A stretch of DNA of 64,000 nt from a virus. The stretch lies in the IMG/VR virus record IMGVR_UViG_3300024352_000023, positions 1-64,000 of that record, one strand, 5' to 3'. The notes beneath the pieces are model-generated. The model was given only the letters and a program-made list of their open reading frames with translations, did no database searches and was not told the DNA's origin. Both the position numbers and the translations under genes were made by a program. Numbering within the stretch: position 1 is the stretch's first letter; each line of letters opens with the position of its first letter. Shown here piece by piece: positions 47,042 through 56,568 of the stretch.

Positions 47042-47155
47042 TCAGTTGAATTGAGTTTGAACTTTGTTGATTAAATAGGTCACCAGCATGCCTGCTGCTG
47101 CCCAAAGAAGATCTTTCATCACCGGAAGTACGGCGGCAAACAAGGATTCGAACAT
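47042..47155 (-). CDS. 37-aa hydrophobic peptide
   Basis: MFESLFAAVLPVMKDLLWAAAGMLVTYLINKVQTQFN*; directly downstream of pseudoknot copy 1. Confidence 0.5.
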   Translation of the reverse strand: MFESLFAAVLPVMKDLLWAAAGMLVTYLINKVQTQFN

Positions 47156-47173
47156 GAGTTGAAGTGAGATGGA

Positions 47174-47201
47174 TGGTCAGTTTTACGTCATGACCAGGAC
47201 G
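47174..47201 (-). ncRNA. Leader pseudoknot repeat, copy 1
   Basis: CGUC-C-UGGUCA-U-GACG-UAAAAC-UGACCA. Confidence 0.8.
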
Positions 47202-47909
47202 GCGGAGTACCACACCCGGTGGCGGAGTCAGTCTACCAGGTCAGTCAAGCCCTTAGTCGTGACCTTGACCAGCTCAGAGAGGTAGTCAGTAAGTGCTTCG
47301 ACCTTGGCGTTGACGGATTGGATTTCCTCCATCAGCTCCTCCCTGGAGGGAGTCAAACCAAAGATGTCGTTGTCCTTCAGTGCCTCTGGGTTGTTGGCCT
47401 TTTGGTACCGGCGACAATCATCGTTGGCTGCATAAACAGCATCTGTGAACAACTCATGAGTTGCTTTTAACTCCAAGTATCCAAGATCTTCTTCATCCAA
47501 GATGGCATGTGCACGTTTGTACAACTTGGCAGTAAACCTGATGTTGTCTTCAAAGAACTCCTCGTACTGTTCAGAGGGAAGGCCGTAGGTGTCAATCGAC
47601 ATAACAATCCAAAGCTTCTCGGAGTGCATCAATCATAAAGGTTTCTTGTCCTTCTGGACCTAAGTCGGTCCACCATTGAAGATCAGGATCTTTGTCATCC
47701 CAATCAATACGGATGGTCATGGATCCATCCTCTTCATCAATGCATTCAATCTGTAGCTTGTTGATCGAGTTCGGATTCAACGTGGCCCAAGAGGATGTTT
47801 TCTGCATAGGTTTCACAATCAGTTCTGATCTCTGCACCAAGTTTAATCAGACCCCAGTAGGTATCTTCATTAACCTCAAGGTGCAGAGAATACTTACCAT
47901 TTGAAAGCA

Positions 47910-48854
47910 TCATTGCTTTTTCACAGCGGCTTTGAGTTGTGGCAGAGATACACCAGGAAATGGTGTGTAACCAGCCTCCATCATATTGAAGAAAAGATCC
48001 CAGGCATGGTGCTGCGTGAACACCTCTTGTGGTTTGTACGTACGCCAGTGGGATAGAGGAGCTTGAGCACCAGACTTGGTGTGGAGCAGAACAAAGCGAC
48101 CATCACTGATGTGATCCGAGGGCGGCGCATACCACCAGGCCACACACTTCTCAGGTGTACCGCTGGGACTGGCATTACGGGTATCAGTGCGTTTGCACAG
48201 CAGTTCCCTGTACTTGTTGAACCAAGTCAGGTGTATACACCACGGTTTAAATCCCTGGATTTCTTCTTGGAAAGCAGATAGATTTGAAAGCTGGCGTTGA
48301 AAGGACCCACATGAACAACTAGGTTCACCAAACGAGGACTGTTGTTCTTGCACATCATCCAGTTCACCGTCCATATCAAGCGGCCGATTCGGAAGCCGAA
48401 GTCCGTCAGGCGCAACCAAATGGCCCAGGTCCGTTTGGTCAGACTGAAGGAGTGCTTTGATCTTTTCGGGGTCTGATACATGTATGAACTTATCTGCCCA
48501 ATGGGTTTGGAGTTTTGCATTCGAGGTTAGGTGTCCGAGTGCGTGCGTGTAGTTCCAGCCCTTAAACAATATGTAAGCATTGTTATGCCATACACTAGGG
48601 CCACGATAATTAGGGCCAAGATAAGAAAAGAAATCTTTGAGACGGTGGGTGTAAGAAGAGTAGGCAGCTTTGATTAGCTCCCGTGCGTAAGCCTGCTGAC
48701 TACCATCGCGACGCACCACAACACAATCAGTATCTCGCAGATAGATCCCAGCAATGTCGGTGTCATCAAAGTCTTGGTACGCACGGCGGATGTTCGTCCG
48801 CGTGTAGATGCACGCCTGCGCCGCGTTGAGTTCCTGGAGGATTTGCGTTGACAT
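47910..48854 (-). CDS. SWIM zinc-finger-containing protein
   Basis: CSCGSF...WCIHL. Confidence 0.55.
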   Translation of the reverse strand: MSTQILQELNAAQACIYTRTNIRRAYQDFDDTDIAGIYLRDTDCVVVRRDGSQQAYARELIKAAYSSYTHRLKDFFSYLGPNYRGPSVWHNNAYILFKGWNYTHALGHLTSNAKLQTHWADKFIHVSDPEKIKALLQSDQTDLGHLVAPDGLRLPNRPLDMDGELDDVQEQQSSFGEPSCSCGSFQRQLSNLSAFQEEIQGFKPWCIHLTWFNKYRELLCKRTDTRNASPSGTPEKCVAWWYAPPSDHISDGRFVLLHTKSGAQAPLSHWRTYKPQEVFTQHHAWDLFFNMMEAGYTPFPGVSLPQLKAAVKKQ

Positions 48855-48878
48855 GATTTGAATTGGGTTGAGTTGAGA

Positions 48879-49082
48879 TCAGATGTAAAGGTCATGGTCT
48901 GGAGGAACTGACCTGTCTCTGGAACGTTCGCGAGCCATCTCGCGTGCTGCCTTACCGATACGGTATGAACCGTAGATGACAGCAGCCCATGCCACTGGTG
49001 TGGTTAGGCATGCGGCAATTGTACCAGCAACCAAAACCGTGGCGCCACCAGCAGTGATTGCAGCTTTGTCTTCAGGTTTCAT
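48879..49082 (-). CDS. Small membrane protein
   Basis: Hydrophobic N-terminal half. Confidence 0.45.
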   Translation of the reverse strand: MKPEDKAAITAGGATVLVAGTIAACLTTPVAWAAVIYGSYRIGKAAREMARERSRDRSVPPDHDLYI

Positions 49083-49160
49083 CAGTAATCCTTAATACAT
49101 TTGGAAAGTGGTTGTTGAACTTAACTGTAGAAGTAAAATGTTTGTAACAACTTAATACAG

Positions 49161-49424
49161 ATGGAAGAGATTAAGTACGTACCATTAACTCAGTTCCAGA
49201 TTGAACCAACACTTGATGATAAGTTTTGGCTGGAAAAAATCAAACGATCCATACAAGAATGTGACTCTGTTAGTACCTTGAAAGAAATGGCGACCTTGCT
49301 TGCGCAGATCGCCACGAATCGTCAAGGTGTGATAAGGGGATTGATCCAAGACATGTTCATCTTCAACAATGTTGCAGTTGAACCAAGTGATGTGACCAAC
49401 CCCCAGGTTCCTGGATCAGAGTGA
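49161..49424 (+). CDS. Second NblA-like protein (divergent)
   Basis: EPTLDDKFWLEKIKRSIQECDSVSTLKEMATLLAQ resembles phage-type NblA (TLE-x-x-F-x-L...I...D...L); lone + strand gene with TAAAAT upstream. Confidence 0.4.
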   Translation: MEEIKYVPLTQFQIEPTLDDKFWLEKIKRSIQECDSVSTLKEMATLLAQIATNRQGVIRGLIQDMFIFNNVAVEPSDVTNPQVPGSE

Positions 49425-50432
49425 CTCGTCTTCCCCGGTGAGTTCGTTGCGTGAGGGCAGAGCCTTCACTTCAACGGCATCAGTGGTACGGGAGACGGGC
49501 AGGATCTGCACGCCATCCTTGATTCCATAGGCACCACCAAGACGCTGGGCATCTTGACGGGAGTGCTGGTTGATGTAGTCATCAAACATCTCCTGCATCT
49601 TCCAGGTGGATTCACGATCTTCATCAGGAATCGACAGGCGATTCAAGGATTCGACCGCATCATCCTGGGAGCTGTAATCAGGAATCTCGAAGGATTCGAT
49701 AGCGCAGATCTCAACGTTGTTAGCACCACGCATCTCATTAGCGAGGACGGGAGCAAACACCGTGGTGGCATAGAACTTCTCGTTGAATGCCAGAGGCACT
49801 TCAGAGTCCAGTGCTTTGCTCAGGCACTTGGACATTTCCTTCTCGTACAGCTTGACCTTGTCCGATACGTCGGTGCCGTTGAGACCCTTAAGAGTAAGGA
49901 CCATCGGGATCTTGTGAGCACGCTTGTTGTCCTGGGTCAGGATGTAGACCAGATACTTGGTGCGCACGCTGTACTTGCGCTTGTACATCTCACCTTTGCT
50001 GTTGGCCAGATCAGCGGCCACCTTGTCGTTGTCAAACATGGCTTTGACATCGGGATCTTCAAAGGTGCCAATCGTCTGGCGCATCCCAGTGGTTTCTTCC
50101 ACCATCAGTGGAGAACGCAACAGGATCTGAACGCGGGGTTCAGTGAAGTTGAGACCTTCCTCGATGGAAGTGTTGGGTGCCATGCCAAAGGTTTGCTTGT
50201 AATCCCAGATGACAGAACCTTTGGTGAACTGATCTTCTGTTGCAGTCCAACCGCAGGTATCAAGATCGGACTTACGGACAAACCAACCGCGTACTTTGGA
50301 TTTGTTTAGAGGTTGAATGGTGACAAGATTCTGGTAACCAGAAACAAATTCTTTGGACTGAAACATCCGGAAGGAGTCGAGTCCACGGGTTGCAAGCGCA
50401 GCAGTTTTCTTGGTGGTCATGGAAGAAGTCAT
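49416..50432 (-). CDS. Conserved cyanobacterial/phage protein (DUF5895-like, possibly ssDNA annealing)
   Basis: Adjacent to ssb, with strong codon bias. Start reassigned to MTSSM, 20 nt after pseudoknot copy 2. Confidence 0.45.
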   Translation of the reverse strand: MTSSMTTKKTAALATRGLDSFRMFQSKEFVSGYQNLVTIQPLNKSKVRGWFVRKSDLDTCGWTATEDQFTKGSVIWDYKQTFGMAPNTSIEEGLNFTEPRVQILLRSPLMVEETTGMRQTIGTFEDPDVKAMFDNDKVAADLANSKGEMYKRKYSVRTKYLVYILTQDNKRAHKIPMVLTLKGLNGTDVSDKVKLYEKEMSKCLSKALDSEVPLAFNEKFYATTVFAPVLANEMRGANNVEICAIESFEIPDYSSQDDAVESLNRLSIPDEDRESTWKMQEMFDDYINQHSRQDAQRLGGAYGIKDGVQILPVSRTTDAVEVKALPSRNELTGEDESL

Positions 50433-50452
50433 GGTTGTTTCGTAGTCAGGAG

Positions 50453-50480
50453 TGAGCAGTTTAACGTCATGCTCAGGACG
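50453..50480 (-). ncRNA. Leader pseudoknot repeat, copy 2
   Basis: CGUC-C-UGAGCA-U-GACG-UUAAAC-UGCUCA. Confidence 0.8.
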
Positions 50481-50485
50481 GATCA

Positions 50486-50728
50486 TCAGTCTGCTTTGGA
50501 TCCACCCGCATTCATCACGTACACCTCAGTACTTAATGAATCGAAGTACATCTCAGACAGCTCCTTCATAGCTTCAAAGATGTTGCTTTCCATGTAGCCG
50601 CAACCCTTGAGGAAATCCACAAGGTGTTGCACGACATCATCAGCAACCAGTGCTTTGAATTCGTGGAGGACTTTGGTGTTTTCGTCTTCGTAAAGCAGAG
50701 TGAATTGATCGTGAGTTGGAGTTGACAT
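50486..50728 (-). CDS. Hypothetical protein
   Basis: 80 aa, TGATG-coupled to ssb. Confidence 0.5.
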   Translation of the reverse strand: MSTPTHDQFTLLYEDENTKVLHEFKALVADDVVQHLVDFLKGCGYMESNIFEAMKELSEMYFDSLSTEVYVMNAGGSKAD

Positions 50729-51549
50729 CAGAATGGAAGTTCTTCAAGTTCAGGTGCTGCTCCGTATTGACCGGGCAGATCAGGCAACCCACCACCTGAG
50801 GCCTGGTTCCAGGGATCAGATTGTGTGTTGTTGCTTGCCCATAGGTTAACGGTGTTTTCAGCCGCTGCATTGTTTGTGGTGGATGCCACAGGTTTCACTT
50901 GGGACTCAACTGCACCATTGTCACTGGCCTTAGGAGGCAGGGTGAGATTGGAGACTTGAATCTTGGTAGATGTGCGGCGCTCCTTGGTTGCCTTATCAGT
51001 CCAGGCATCGGTCACCAGCTTGCCGTGAATCGTCAGGCCAACGCCCTTACGGGTGTAGTTGGCAATCAACTCTGCGTTATTCAGGCGATCTTTCGTGGAG
51101 TTGATGGCAAAGAAGTTAAAGAGATCTGCTTTGTTCTTGCCCATGGGGACAGAGAGCGTCTGGTTGCAGATCATCAGACCATCAGCTGTAGTGCGGAACA
51201 CACGCTCATCTGATTCATCGATGTCTTTGATGCAACGACCCGAGAGGATCACATCGTTGAGGATGGGTGTACTTTCAGTAACTTCATACACAATTCCTCC
51301 ATGCAACGAATACGTTCTGGATTGAACGTCGAAACGTAACTTGGCGCTGTGAATGTGCAGACGTGCGCCTGCTTTGTAGGTACGGAATTTCTCACAAGCT
51401 TTACCGTAGACATTGAGTTCAAGTGGAGTGGGTGCTTTGTTACTGACCGGAGGCAGGTTAACGAGAGCACGCAGATTGAATGATGTCTCACTGGTGTAAA
51501 CCTCACGGGGTTCTTCCATGAGGACAGCGCAGACAGATGCGAAGTTCAT
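50728..51549 (-). CDS. ssb: Single-stranded DNA-binding protein (tandem OB folds)
   Basis: NDVILSGR...AELIANYTRKG..LTIHGKLVTDAWTDK.T.ERR; acidic tail ending EELPF. Confidence 0.8.
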   Translation of the reverse strand: MNFASVCAVLMEEPREVYTSETSFNLRALVNLPPVSNKAPTPLELNVYGKACEKFRTYKAGARLHIHSAKLRFDVQSRTYSLHGGIVYEVTESTPILNDVILSGRCIKDIDESDERVFRTTADGLMICNQTLSVPMGKNKADLFNFFAINSTKDRLNNAELIANYTRKGVGLTIHGKLVTDAWTDKATKERRTSTKIQVSNLTLPPKASDNGAVESQVKPVASTTNNAAAENTVNLWASNNTQSDPWNQASGGGLPDLPGQYGAAPELEELPF

Positions 51550-51569
51550 TGATTCAGACGGTAGGTGTT

Positions 51570-51597
51570 AAGGCAGTTTAACGTCATGCCTAGGACG
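51570..51597 (-). ncRNA. Leader pseudoknot repeat, copy 3
   Basis: CGUC-CU-AGGCA-U-GACG-UUAAAC-UGCCU-U. Confidence 0.8.
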
Positions 51598-51602
51598 TGG
51601 CA

Positions 51603-53462
51603 TTAGTGGGTTTGTGCCCAGGTGTAGCCGACGTGAGAGTCGCCTTCAATCTTACAGCGAAACCCAAAGAAGTCTTGTGCTTTCGGGAAGGCAGCCAGTG
51701 CGTGTTCCTGGATGATGGGCACGGTGTTCTCTGGGCAAGACAGCTGCACTTCATCGTGGATCATGGCGTGTTGGATCCAGTCCTTGCCATGCACCAAGCC
51801 AGCTGTTTCCAGTGATTCATGAATGTTGATGACCACTTGCTTCATGAGTACAGCACCTGCAGCTTGGAGCAACACGTTCAATGCTTTGAATTCAGAGCGA
51901 CACCAGAGTGCACGACCATCCAGTCCACGTAAGTAACCACGGTCACAGAGTGCAAGCTCAAGGTTTTGTTTGAGTTTCTTGAGTGCTGGCACACCGTTCA
52001 TAAATCCATTGATGGCGGACTTACCTAGCTGACGCAATGTTTCTGTATCTTTCTCATTCGGATCGATGATGGTACCAGCCTTAATGGCACCACATCCATA
52101 CAACATTCCATACAGCAAACGCTTACTGATGTCCCTCGTCTCTACACCAAATTGTTGTTGGTTATAGGTATGGATATCAATGGATTCATCAGTTACCAGA
52201 TTGGCGTACTCACCGTCATCCCAAACGGCTAGGTACCCTGCAAGACAACGGAGTTCCAATGCTTTAGCATCCACCCCAATGAGATGCCAGTTGTAAGGAG
52301 CGTGAAAAAGATTACGGCATTCCTTGCCATAGGGTGAGTAAGACGCTGGAACCTGACCCATATTTGGATACCGATGGCTACAACGCCCAGTGATACAACC
52401 ATTAGTAACCACGTCCCCGTGAATACATAGATCATCATTGTTGACAAGCTTGAGCCATGCATTGTTTCCATCGGCAATTTGTCCAAGACGTTTTTTGATG
52501 AGCATGTACTCAGCCAGGGGCTGAGCTTCTGGGAATGGAAGCTGTTCTAGAACTTCATCATTAAGGATTGGATTTCCTTTCTCAGTTGTTTTCTCTGGTT
52601 TCCATCCGTACTTTTTCCACAGTCTATTAACAATTTGGTCACGAGATCCAGGATTGAATTCCTCTGACCGTCGTTTAATAAATGGTTGTCCTTTAACATA
52701 ACCACGCTTGCTGTTGTTTACCTTAGGGATAAACGTTTCTTCATGGATGATGGGCGGAAACAATTCCTTTAGATGAGACTCCAGTTCTTCTTGTTTTGCT
52801 CTAAGCACATCCACAAGATCAAGGCATGCATCAACATCAAAAGGAAAACCTGCTCGCACTTGTCTGTTAATTGCCAAGGCAAAGTCATGCTCAAGCTTGA
52901 GCGCTGGTTCCTCATAGTTTTGCCGTGTGATCTGCTCCCAGAGTTTTGTGGTGACCACAACATCCTGGATGCAGTAGTCAAGCATCTCTTGAGAAAATTC
53001 GGAGAAGTCTTTGAAGTTGATCTTGTGATCGGCCAACCTCCATCCCCATGCCTTAAGTGATGCGGATCCACGTAAGTCCTTTGGAACTTGCGGATATTGT
53101 TCGCAGTCCAAGTCATAGAGTCTCTCCTTTGGCCAGATCAGACGTGTGCAGATGAGGGTGTCAAGGATGCGTGCTTTGCAGACGAATTGATGCAGCTTTT
53201 GCAGAACCGGTACGTCATAGAAGATCACGTTGTGACCAATGAGTACATCAGCGGTTGCCAGATGAGCAAGAGCATCAGCAATACGATCAGGCCCATAAGC
53301 AAAAGTTTGTTGTTTGTTGATGTCATAAATCACCAGACAATGAACAACAGAAGCTTTGTCATACAGGCCATCAGTCTCGCAGTCAAAGACTAGCCACGTT
53401 TCATTTACGGAACTGGGCTTCGTCGCGAACTTGGAGTTCTTCACTGGCAAGACTGGTGTCAT
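51603..53462 (-). CDS. polA: Family A DNA polymerase (T7-like) with 3'-5' exonuclease
   Basis: FDCETDG, GHNVIFYD, DAKALELR (motif A), KRLLYGMLYG (motif B), IHDEVQ (motif C). Confidence 0.95.
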   Translation of the reverse strand: MTPVLPVKNSKFATKPSSVNETWLVFDCETDGLYDKASVVHCLVIYDINKQQTFAYGPDRIADALAHLATADVLIGHNVIFYDVPVLQKLHQFVCKARILDTLICTRLIWPKERLYDLDCEQYPQVPKDLRGSASLKAWGWRLADHKINFKDFSEFSQEMLDYCIQDVVVTTKLWEQITRQNYEEPALKLEHDFALAINRQVRAGFPFDVDACLDLVDVLRAKQEELESHLKELFPPIIHEETFIPKVNNSKRGYVKGQPFIKRRSEEFNPGSRDQIVNRLWKKYGWKPEKTTEKGNPILNDEVLEQLPFPEAQPLAEYMLIKKRLGQIADGNNAWLKLVNNDDLCIHGDVVTNGCITGRCSHRYPNMGQVPASYSPYGKECRNLFHAPYNWHLIGVDAKALELRCLAGYLAVWDDGEYANLVTDESIDIHTYNQQQFGVETRDISKRLLYGMLYGCGAIKAGTIIDPNEKDTETLRQLGKSAINGFMNGVPALKKLKQNLELALCDRGYLRGLDGRALWCRSEFKALNVLLQAAGAVLMKQVVINIHESLETAGLVHGKDWIQHAMIHDEVQLSCPENTVPIIQEHALAAFPKAQDFFGFRCKIEGDSHVGYTWAQTH

Positions 53463-53634
53463 GTTTGTTAATCCACGTCAAGATCTGCTGAGCACCAGCC
53501 CTATATGGGTGGGAGAAGATCTTATTCAGAGCTACTTCTGAATCTAACGGAATTAATTGGAATTGATTTGAAGTCTTGCAGGCAGTGATGGCAAATGGCC
53601 TGCCATCTTTCCATGTAGCAATGACGTAAGACAT
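53401..53634 (-). CDS. Hypothetical protein
   Basis: 77-aa ORF overlapping the polA start. Confidence 0.45.
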   Translation of the reverse strand: MSYVIATWKDGRPFAITACKTSNQFQLIPLDSEVALNKIFSHPYRAGAQQILTWINKHDTSLASEELQVRDEAQFRK

Positions 53635-53689
53635 AAAGGAATGAAAGACGGACAGATACTATCCGATCTTTCATTCCCGTCAAGGTTCT

Positions 53690-54457
53690 TCAAGTTGTCT
53701 TCTGGTTTGATTTGCCGTATCCAACAAATCCACCTTCCTTCTTACGTTGAGAAAGTGCTTTGCTTGCAGCGGACCCAGCACGCTGGGAGCCATGAACCAG
53801 CAGTGCGAAAGGTTTGTCACCTAAGCAGTGGCTATCGTCGTGATCAATCTCAAGCCCACGTTCTGCAGCCTCAACTTCTGTGTAGACCACATAAGCAATG
53901 CGCTGGAACACATGCGGATACTTTGGGATGAGGTAGTCAAGTGTCCCACCGAAAGATGCAGTGAGGTAGAAGTTGGATGGGATCTGATCACGCAGGTTGA
54001 TCCACATACCAAGGGACTTGGTGTAGCTGTAGAACTTTTGCTTGGGCCGCTCCTGGGCAACCATGAGCCAAGCCTTCATGTAGTTCTCAGTCCAGTAGTC
54101 ACCAGATTCGTGGACACGAACAAGGTCCCGTGGTGGTTGCATCAGCAGCGACATGTCAATCAGATCACGGAGGAGTGTGACCTGATTGCCGTTCATGTGG
54201 ATGGTTTCACGCAGCAGATCCCAGTTGTGCCAACGGGCTTCACGTACGTTGGGTCTGGTCTCTGCCATGGCAGCAAAGCAGCGGTACTCATCTGCTTCTG
54301 TACCAGTGAGCTGAGGTAGGTCACGGATCTCACCAGTGACACGATCAGCCATGGTCTTACAGACACCAGCGTGTGGGCAGGAGTAGCCCGCTGGGATATT
54401 GAAGATGAGTCGGTTCTTGAGCTTGCCGTTACCAGTGGAGAACTTGAGGAGTTTCAT
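53690..54457 (-). CDS. Gp88-like protein
   Basis: GNGKL...FNIPAGYSCP.AGVC...CFA...RVHESGD...FYSYTK; start reassigned to MKLLKF. Confidence 0.65.
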   Translation of the reverse strand: MKLLKFSTGNGKLKNRLIFNIPAGYSCPHAGVCKTMADRVTGEIRDLPQLTGTEADEYRCFAAMAETRPNVREARWHNWDLLRETIHMNGNQVTLLRDLIDMSLLMQPPRDLVRVHESGDYWTENYMKAWLMVAQERPKQKFYSYTKSLGMWINLRDQIPSNFYLTASFGGTLDYLIPKYPHVFQRIAYVVYTEVEAAERGLEIDHDDSHCLGDKPFALLVHGSQRAGSAASKALSQRKKEGGFVGYGKSNQKTT

Positions 54458-54492
54458 GGTGTTAAGTTGAGTTGAATGATAAGTAAAACTAA

Positions 54493-54520
54493 TGAGCAGT
54501 TTAAGGACATGCTCAGGTCC
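54493..54520 (-). ncRNA. Leader pseudoknot repeat, copy 4
   Basis: GGAC-C-UGAGCA-U-GUCC-UUAAAC-UGCUCA. Confidence 0.8.
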
Positions 54521-54605
54521 ATCTTCCCGTTCGGGAGTGTTACACAATGAACGACATCATATACATCAAGCGTCATATACTTTCCGTATCAATCGCTACA
54601 GAATC

Positions 54606-54758
54606 ATGACGCTTACGTATCGGGGTGTCAAGTATGACAAGGACGAACAGGCTAAGAAAGATAAAGCCTGGTGGAATCTAGCCCATCGTCCGTGGCTACG
54701 CCTGACATACCGTAACATCGGCTACAATCCTTTCCTTACTGGAGGTCAAATCAAATGA
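54606..54758 (+). CDS. DUF4278-like small protein
   Basis: MTLTYRGVKY...LTYRNIGY. Confidence 0.6.
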   Translation: MTLTYRGVKYDKDEQAKKDKAWWNLAHRPWLRLTYRNIGYNPFLTGGQIK

Positions 54759-54953
54759 ACAAAGCATTGATTGTTTACCTGGTGAACCAGAAAAAGAAAG
54801 TGGCACGCAAGGATGTGGAATCCAAGCATGCCATCAAGGAATTAGAAAAACAAACAACCGCGACCTTCTGATCGCCATTTGTTTACTTCGCCCTCTTGTT
54901 CTTCAGAGGGCTCACTGTATTTAAAGCCATCCATGCAGTTGAGCCATGGTGCA

Positions 54954-55592
54954 TCAGTCGTCTGAGAAGGCAGCTTCTCCGATGATGGGAAATTGTTCGC
55001 AGAAAATTTTTCGGATGGCTCGTGCAATTTGTTGGTGCTCGAGTTGAGTTCCATTGGAGCAGCGGAGATCGAGGTAGTGGATCCACGAACGGAGTGTACC
55101 ATTCATGAAGAGACGGGTCTGTGTCGATAGTGGCAAAACGGAACGAGCACATTCCTTTGCAATGCCATTGCTGACCATCTCACGGTAGAGATGCTCCGAG
55201 TTTTCATACAGCTCACTAATGCGTCTGTAGAAAGTACCAAGCATCTCAACAGGGATGTCATCAATGCTGTTCTGTCTGTTCTTCAGGTCTTGCCTGCGTA
55301 GGTGCGGGATCACAGCAGAGCCAAGCTCGCTGGTATCTGCATAACGCTGGCTAAATTCCTGGAATGAGAACGAACGATGACGCAAGATTTGTGGTGAGAT
55401 GGCACGTGTTGTTTCAATCTCAACGCACATGTTTGCCATTTCAAATGGCGACCAGTGCTTATTGCGAATGAGGTACTTGAGTAATCGTGGTGCAGTATCC
55501 ATGTTGTCTTGATTCTTCGGGGCTGATACCCGAGCCATCTTGACAATCATTTCTTCTGCACTGGGCGTAACCCAAACAAGATCAACGTTCAT
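54954..55592 (-). CDS. thyX: Flavin-dependent thymidylate synthase
   Basis: HWSPFEM, QILRHRSFSFQEFSQRY, KECARSVLP, RSWIHY.DLR. Confidence 0.95.
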   Translation of the reverse strand: MNVDLVWVTPSAEEMIVKMARVSAPKNQDNMDTAPRLLKYLIRNKHWSPFEMANMCVEIETTRAISPQILRHRSFSFQEFSQRYADTSELGSAVIPHLRRQDLKNRQNSIDDIPVEMLGTFYRRISELYENSEHLYREMVSNGIAKECARSVLPLSTQTRLFMNGTLRSWIHYLDLRCSNGTQLEHQQIARAIRKIFCEQFPIIGEAAFSDD

Positions 55593-55929
55593 AGTCATCC
55601 TCCAATCGTTCGATGTCGTCTTCTGAAATAATTTCACCGCACTGTACTTCAACAATGCGGATGTCTTGATCTTGTGCAGTCAAACGATGGACTGAACGTT
55701 TGGGAATGTAAAGGTGTGTACCTTCCTTCACCAATTGTACGTGTCCATCGCATTCGAATAAGCCTTCGCCTGTCACCACGATCCAGTGTTCTGATCGATG
55801 TTGATGACGCTGGAGGCTAAGGCGATGACCTTTCTTGACATGCAGTTCTTTGACGAGATAGCCACGGAACAAAGCAGTTTGTTCTGGGGTCAGTGTGTAG
55901 TACCAACCCCAGGGCTTATCAACCTTCAT
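55582..55929 (-). CDS. Mannose-6-phosphate isomerase-type cupin
   Basis: KPWGWY...VK.L.V..G.RLSLQRH.HRSEHW...EVQ.G..ISEDDIERLEDDY. Confidence 0.8.
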   Translation of the reverse strand: MKVDKPWGWYYTLTPEQTALFRGYLVKELHVKKGHRLSLQRHQHRSEHWIVVTGEGLFECDGHVQLVKEGTHLYIPKRSVHRLTAQDQDIRIVEVQCGEIISEDDIERLEDDYER

Positions 55930-56228
55930 TCGATTTGAAATCCATAGCCTTCAGCTTGTAGCTTAACAAGTTGATCGGCAGGACAAATCCGCATCTGCGC
56001 ATGTTCTGTGGGTGACTGAAGGTGGTCCCATTTAATGAGCAGGAACTTCTGTTTACTGCCACTGCGGTTGGGTTTGATGTTGATACCAACCACAGTGCCA
56101 TACCGTTGAGTGCGGTACTGCTGGATACGATCCTTAACTTCTTGACGAATCGCAAAGATTCCGTGTGCCTTGGGGCGTTCGGCAACACGTTCACCAATAG
56201 CGTATTGATGCTGGGCCTTAGTGCTCAT
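55926..56228 (-). CDS. Hypothetical protein
   Basis: Coupled ORF; start at MSTKAQ. Confidence 0.5.
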   Translation of the reverse strand: MSTKAQHQYAIGERVAERPKAHGIFAIRQEVKDRIQQYRTQRYGTVVGINIKPNRSGSKQKFLLIKWDHLQSPTEHAQMRICPADQLVKLQAEGYGFQIE

Positions 56229-56568
56229 AGTGATTGCAGTCGTAAGAATCAGCAGTGTCGTATTCAGGAAACTCAAATGCACAAGCATCGCCCTGGTTAT
56301 GAGAGCAATCAGCGCATTTGATGATGACTGGTTGAGATGCTAAAGCGTTACCACTTAGCAACGCATAGAGCTTAGAGACAAGGATGAGGTTCTGCTGTGC
56401 TTCGTTATAGAAGTCAGCAGATACTTCATGAGTTGTAAACCTGTAGTCACAGCACTCGCATGCCTTGCGGCGGCGTGTGCCATGGGATGTTTTCCTGGAT
56501 TCGATGATACGTAATCCAGGTTGTTTGCATTGAGGACAGTCAGGAAGGAGTTGCTTCTGAAAGGCCAT
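56218..56568 (-). CDS. NrdR-like N-terminal zinc ribbon protein
   Basis: CPQC...IIESR...TRRRKACECCDYRFTTHE; no ATP-cone. Confidence 0.7.
   Translation of the reverse strand: MAFQKQLLPDCPQCKQPGLRIIESRKTSHGTRRRKACECCDYRFTTHEVSADFYNEAQQNLILVSKLYALLSGNALASQPVIIKCADCSHNQGDACAFEFPEYDTADSYDCNHYEH

Noticed and set aside
50261-50280. Additional GUAAGUCC matches inside coding regions (also about 52017)
   Set aside because: They lack the upstream GGC(A/G) strand and closing stems, so they are probably chance matches.
54521-54560. Glutamine (glnA/Downstream-peptide) riboswitch upstream of the DUF4278-like gene
   Set aside because: A CGUUC...GAACG stem is present, but the interior is too short and lacks the conserved core. 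At most it is a relic; cmscan would be needed.
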